DNA from: Octopus bimaculoides
Lineage: Eukaryota
Direction: 5' to 3'
Assembly: GCF_001194135.2 (NCBI RefSeq)
Contig: NC_068990.1
Span: 25,157,060 to 25,221,059, forward strand
Length of the DNA stretch: 64,000 bases
Shown: in pieces, positions 58,996 through 64,000 of the stretch
How the letters are laid out: each line of letters begins with the position of its first letter
Numbering within the stretch: the stretch's first letter is position 1
Made by a program: the position numbers and the translations under genes
Notes under the pieces: generated by a model
What the model was told of the DNA's origin: nothing
The model's database searches: none
The model's input: the letters and a program-made list of their open reading frames with translations, nothing else

Positions 58996-59253
58996 CAGTG
59001 ATTCTCAACTGGGGTCCACATGACCCATGATGGTGGTGTGGGTCCATATAAGATTTTGTTGCTAAGAAGCCAGATCTAGGTGGTTTGGGCATAAAACAAG
59101 GTATTTTAGCCAGATATGGCCTGTTTAGATGTCAAAGTGTTAAAAAGAATATATTAGGGTTTTTTTAAATATTGAATAGCTGGGAGGGGTCCATCCAAGT
59201 AAAATAGGAATTGAAAGAGTCCAAAAGGTTAAAAAAATGGTTGAAATCCATTG
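58996..59253. mobile_element. hAT-Charlie-like MITE (second family)
   Basis: TIRs CAGTGATTCTCAAC / GTTGAAATCCATTG; 8-bp flanks GACTAAAC / GTCTAAGC. Confidence 0.7.
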
Positions 59254-61437
59254 GTCTAAGCAAACAAACAAACAAAATGGATAAAACTAAAGACACACTG
59301 TGTAGTATTGTCAAGGAGTAGGGGGGGGGGGATGATCAGGTTATATGGCTAGAATGCCTTTCATTATAGGTTTGTTCAATAAGAGCTGACAAAGAGCTAA
59401 ACAACAAGACATTGGCCTGGCATCAATTATTAATGCTGGGCAAGGTGGACATTCTTTCTCTTCTTTGTAGACAACTATTGGATGATTCAAACATACACAC
59501 ACACAGCATGCTGGAACTGAAATAAACCTCTCTCTCGTGGGGGATAAGAGTGAGACAACACTCATCATAGCTGGTACATTGGGTATTGTTCAAAAGAGAA
59601 ATAAACAAGAACATCTATACTATAATGATATTAATCCTTTCTACTATAGGCACAAGGACTGAAATTTGGGAGAGAGGGACAGTCGATTACAACAACCCCA
59701 GTGCTCAACTGGTACTTATTTTATCCACCCTGAAAGGATGAAAGGCAAAAATCAACCATGGTGGAATTTGAACTCAGAATGTAACAATAGACGAAATGCT
59801 GCTAAGTTTTGTGCCCAGCATGCTAACAATTCTGCCAGCTCACTACCTCAATAATAATAATAATAATGATAATGATGATGATGATGATGATGATGCACCA
59901 AGATTTGCTACATAGCTTACCTATCTCATCAAAAATACAGCAGCCTACATAACACACATTCTGTACAGAATTCCCTCAATATATCATAATCCAACTTACA
60001 TAATATACACATGAAAAAAAAAAAATGAAAAAAATGCATCAGCCCCCATCCCCGAAAGCAACATAGAAAAAGAAATTAATAATAATAGGTAATAGCAAAC
60101 AAACATACAGAGACAACAATTGCTGCCTCCTCTGCTTCCTCCTCCTCACCATCATCATCTCAGTTGCTAACAATTAAATGAAACCACAATACATGTGAAG
60201 TACACCCAAGATACTTGAAATAAAACATTTGTAGACAGTCGTGATAGAATAAATGAAGAAAATATGTCATTCTTTCTATTTTGGCACAATGCCAGCAATT
60301 TTAGGAGGAGGGGGTGTTAATACCGACCCAAGTATATAACTGGTACTATTTTATCCTGGAGGGAATAATTATGTCTGGAGTAGAATCATCTGATGAAAAT
60401 ATTGTAACCAACAGAATCGATTTGTTGGAAAAGGATAGTTTCCAGAATCAATCAACATAATTCTCACATAAAAATGCTATGACTGTACACAAAGTTCATC
60501 ACAGGTCTGCCTAACAACATAAAATAATCTGTTATACAACACTTGCACAAAAGAGAATAACTCCTATATAACACACAACCCCTTCGTAAGACAATATACA
60601 CACATACACACACATGTATGCATGCACGCAGACAAACTATATAACTATTGTGTAATTCAATATATACAACATATATCATTGCTACCTCACACACAAGCAT
60701 AGTATCATAAAAATCCGTTAGATGAAACATAAATAGCTTTGAATTAAGATAGCCATCTGTGTCATACTTAATGCTAACACATCATGAGAAGGCAAATTAA
60801 CTGTAGTACTTGTCTGGAGAGAATGTCTGTGTCATCATTAACACAGAACATCCGGAGGAGACATTATCTCCAAACAAATGCTGCAGTTAATCGGCTTTAC
60901 ATGATGTTTTTGGCATTGAGTAAATACATAGATGTAATGGGACAGGCATATTACACATGCAACACAATTGCTGTGTAAGAATACACTCGATACTATTGCT
61001 GCCTAACACAAAAATACACTCCACCACTGCTGTGTAATGCAACCACCAGACGTAAGGCTAGGTGACATTTCATCCATTCTTATGTTTTGAGTTCAAATTC
61101 CACCGTGGTCGATTTTTGCCTTTCATCCTTTCAGGGTGGATAAAATAAGTACCAGTTGAGCATTGGAAGTGATGTAATTGACTAGCCCTGCCCCCAAAAT
61201 TTCAAGACTTGTGCCTATAGTGGAAAGGATTATTGTTATCATTCAAGAGGTGAACTGGCAGAATCATTAGCATACCGGACAAAAAGCTTCATGAAATCTC
61301 TCCCAATTTCAGGTTCTGAGTTCAAATTCCACCAAGATCAACTTTGCCTTTCAGCCCTTTTGAGCATCAGTAAAATAAATACCAGTTGAGTACTGGGGAT
61401 AGATGTAATCAACTTACCCATTTCTTCGAAATTGCTG

Positions 61438-61660
61438 AGGTGGAAAGTTGGCAGAATCGTTAGCATGCTGGACGAAATGCTTAGCAGTATTCTGCCCGTC
61501 ACTATGTTCTGAGTTCAAATTCCACCAAGGTCAACTTTACCTTTCATCCTTTCGGGGTCGATAAAATAAGTACCAGTTGAGTACTGGGGTCGATGTAATT
61601 GACTTAACCCCCACTTCCACCACCACCAGCAAATTTCAGGCCTTGTGCCTATAGTAGAAA
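61438..61660 (+). mobile_element. tRNA-derived SINE, family 1 (representative copy)
   Basis: A-box-like TGGCAGAATCGTTAG and B-box-like GAGTTCAAATTC, then a conserved CTTTCATCCTTTCGGGGTCGATAAAATAAGTACCAG body. More than 15 copies on both strands (e.g. 16200-16400, 22350-22550, 22810-23015, 30010-30210, 38300-38490, 45930-46100, 55590-55795, 59640-59850). Confidence 0.85.
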
Positions 61661-62511
61661 ATATATAGCAAAAGAGAGCCACAGCTAATGATTTTGCTGA
61701 AAGACACACAGTATAGTGTGATGCCAAATAAGACTGCAAGACAACAGATGCAGAATGTCTGAAATATATATGTGACTTCTAACCATTCCATGGTTAATTG
61801 CTGTTATAGGTTTGCTACGTCAGAGAGAACTGAGGTTAATTAACAGCATGACAATTTAGCAAAGAGGACAACAGTCGCTCGGCTTGTTTGGCAGCCAAGT
61901 TTTCTCATACCAGTTAAAAATGTCAACAACAGTTCTAAAGGCTGAGCTTAGTCATTCAGCTAACAATCAACATGTTTATAAAACTTAACTTGAAGAGAAA
62001 GAAGACTTCGGGCTCGACAACAGCAATTTCACAAACCACACACATTTGAGTGTGATTAGTGTAACACCAATGTACAGTCACCATCTGGCATAATAAGCAA
62101 CTTTTTTCTAAAAAACAAAGATTTTGTATTGGTTCAGTCTGTCTACCTGACAATATGTACCTGTCTACCTTTCACATTGTGACCAATGGATATTGGTGAT
62201 ATTCAGATATCCACCTTCTATTGCTGACATCAAGTTAAGGCCATGGTATAAATTCAAAAGGTATGTAAAACAACATTATGTGTGTGTGCATGTATAAATA
62301 TATTCTATATTCTTTTACTTGTTTCAGTCATTTGATTGCGGCCATACTGGAGCAGCACCTTTCGTCAAACTGACCCCAGGACTTATTCTTCACCAGCCTA
62401 GTACTTATTCTATCGGTCTCTTATGCTGAACTGCTAAGTTACGAGGACGTACACACACCAGCATCAGTTGTCAAGCGATGGTGGGGGGGACAAACACAGA
62501 TACACAAGTAT

Positions 62512-62543
<32 letters not shown>

Positions 62544-62579
62544 NNNNNNNNNNNNNNNNNNNNNNNNNNNNNNNNNNNN

Positions 62580-62633
<54 letters not shown>

Positions 62634-62934
62634 GACAGGCTTCTTTCAGTTTCCATCTACCAAATCCACTCACAAGGCTTTGGTCGGCCCGAGGCTATAG
62701 TAGGAGACATTTGCCCAAGGTGCCATGCAGTGGGACTGAACCTGGAACCATGTGGTTGGTAAGCAAGCTACTTACCACACAGCCACTCCTGCATACACAC
62801 ACACACACATATATAGAAACAATACACTTATGTATGTGTACACACACATATATATTCAACACACACATCACAAAATAACAGTTGCAATCATATCTTGTTG
62901 CTATTAGACACAGAACATTACAGAGAGAAAGAGT

Positions 62935-62965
<31 letters not shown>

Positions 62966-63592
62966 TCTGGTTAAAACTAAAGGTAAAAGTACCATTTAAG
63001 TGTACTTAAGTGTACACCTTTAGTGGCTGACCATTGGAGTAGTTGGTGGGTGGTGGCAAAGGAGAGGATCTTCAGCAGTGACCAGCTGAGTGATATTGCA
63101 GTGGTTATTAAAAATAAAATAAAAACAAATGTTAATGATTATGATGATAATGAAGGAGATGATAATAATGGAGGTGCTCACAACATAGATGAAGACCAAG
63201 AGGACAATGACAAAAGCGACAATGGAGATAGAGGTGATGATGACAACAAAGCCAATAAAGATGATGGTGATGAATAATGAGGAATGTTAAGATAAAAATA
63301 ATAATGAAGATGATGATGATGACCTGAGAGGAAAATCATAACTATGGTTTGAACAATGAAAGTTTTGATTGAAGAGTTTAAAGTCAGAGGTTAAAGGACA
63401 ACATTTATACTTGTTCCTAGAAGTTCCATTTGCTTTGCCAATAACTTAAAATAGCTTCAAAAGTAGCAGAGACAGAAAGAGAGAAGGAAACAGCAGAGAG
63501 AAAGAGAGAGAGAGCTGTTATTTCTCTGTTACACCGAAATCTAGTGAACTGATAGTGTACAACATGACACAGAGAAAGTAAACTTAGATACA

Positions 63593-63627
<35 letters not shown>

Positions 63628-63787
63628 TCTCTCCCTCTCTCTCAGCAGCCATATCATGTTCTGTGTTTTTCTGGTAAAAAGATACCACTTCAAGAGTGAA
63701 ACACGATATCAACTCAACAGTTCCATTCTTCAAACATCCTCCACACTGAAGATGATGATGTATTAAATCATAATCTCTAGTAATTCC

Positions 63788-63886
63788 AGCCAATGTTGTA
63801 ATCAACTAGATTAGCGGAAGGGGTGGGGTGCGGCATATAAAAACAGAAATTACACCCATCAACAGAGGTGTGGGCTTTGGGTAAAT
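63788..63886 (+). promoter_or_regulatory. Candidate Pol II core promoter, antisense to the plakin gene
   Basis: AGCCAATG (CCAAT at 63790), GGGGTGGGG (63820-63828) and TATAAAAA (63836-63843) in canonical order and spacing, followed by GG|GTAAAT at 63881. Confidence 0.35.
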
Positions 63887-64000
63887 CGCGCGCACGCACA
63901 CACACACACACACTCACTAAGACTTTATTTAGTCTGTTTGGCTTTGTTTTATTATTATTACTATTAGTAGTAGTAATACTACTACTACTAAGATGGTGAG

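Noticed and set aside
61438-61520. tRNA genes
   Set aside because: The A/B-box-like heads belong to multi-copy SINEs with non-tRNA bodies. No complete cloverleaf was seen.
61956-62153. 65-aa ORF in a unique, CpG-containing island (about 61690-62290) with a CTG|GTATGA donor-like site at about 61909
   Set aside because: The ORF stops before the donor and shows no recognisable protein similarity. There is too little support for an exon call.
44100-64000. CH1 exons of the plakin gene (DERD..QKKTFTKWVN; DL..DLRDG; PREKG.MRFH; GNPKLTLGLIWTIILHFQ)
   Set aside because: I searched the reverse complement by eye for these motifs and found none. They are presumed to lie beyond 64000 and are not reported as features.

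Overview
AT-rich, microsatellite- and SINE/MITE-dense animal genomic DNA with six N gaps. The repeat families resemble those of octopus (inference from recall, not a search). The window holds the middle of one large minus-strand plakin/spectraplakin gene (dystonin/MACF1/Shot/plectin-like). I traced 24 exons by hand, from the second calponin-homology domain (CH2; 38777) through the plakin domain with its embedded SH3 to the following spectrin-like repeats (1006). All have GT-AG borders and chain in frame, with one break: the expected 'DVDV..PDEKS..TYVSSLYD' exon is absent between 37633 and 34521 and probably lies in the 367-N gap. I found no CH1 exons in the window, so 38778-64000 is most likely one large CH1-CH2 intron, and the gene runs off both edges. 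That intron contains a strong candidate alternative first coding exon (44074-43751, 108 codons, phase-0 GTAAGA donor) that would give a CH1-less isoform, plus two weaker candidate first exons. Other points of interest are a degenerate Penelope-type hammerhead ribozyme motif (24811-24865), a CCAAT-GC-TATA arrangement antisense to the gene (63788-63886), a NAGNAG acceptor, and nested or arrayed transposons. Exon coordinates were counted by hand; repeat boundaries are approximate.
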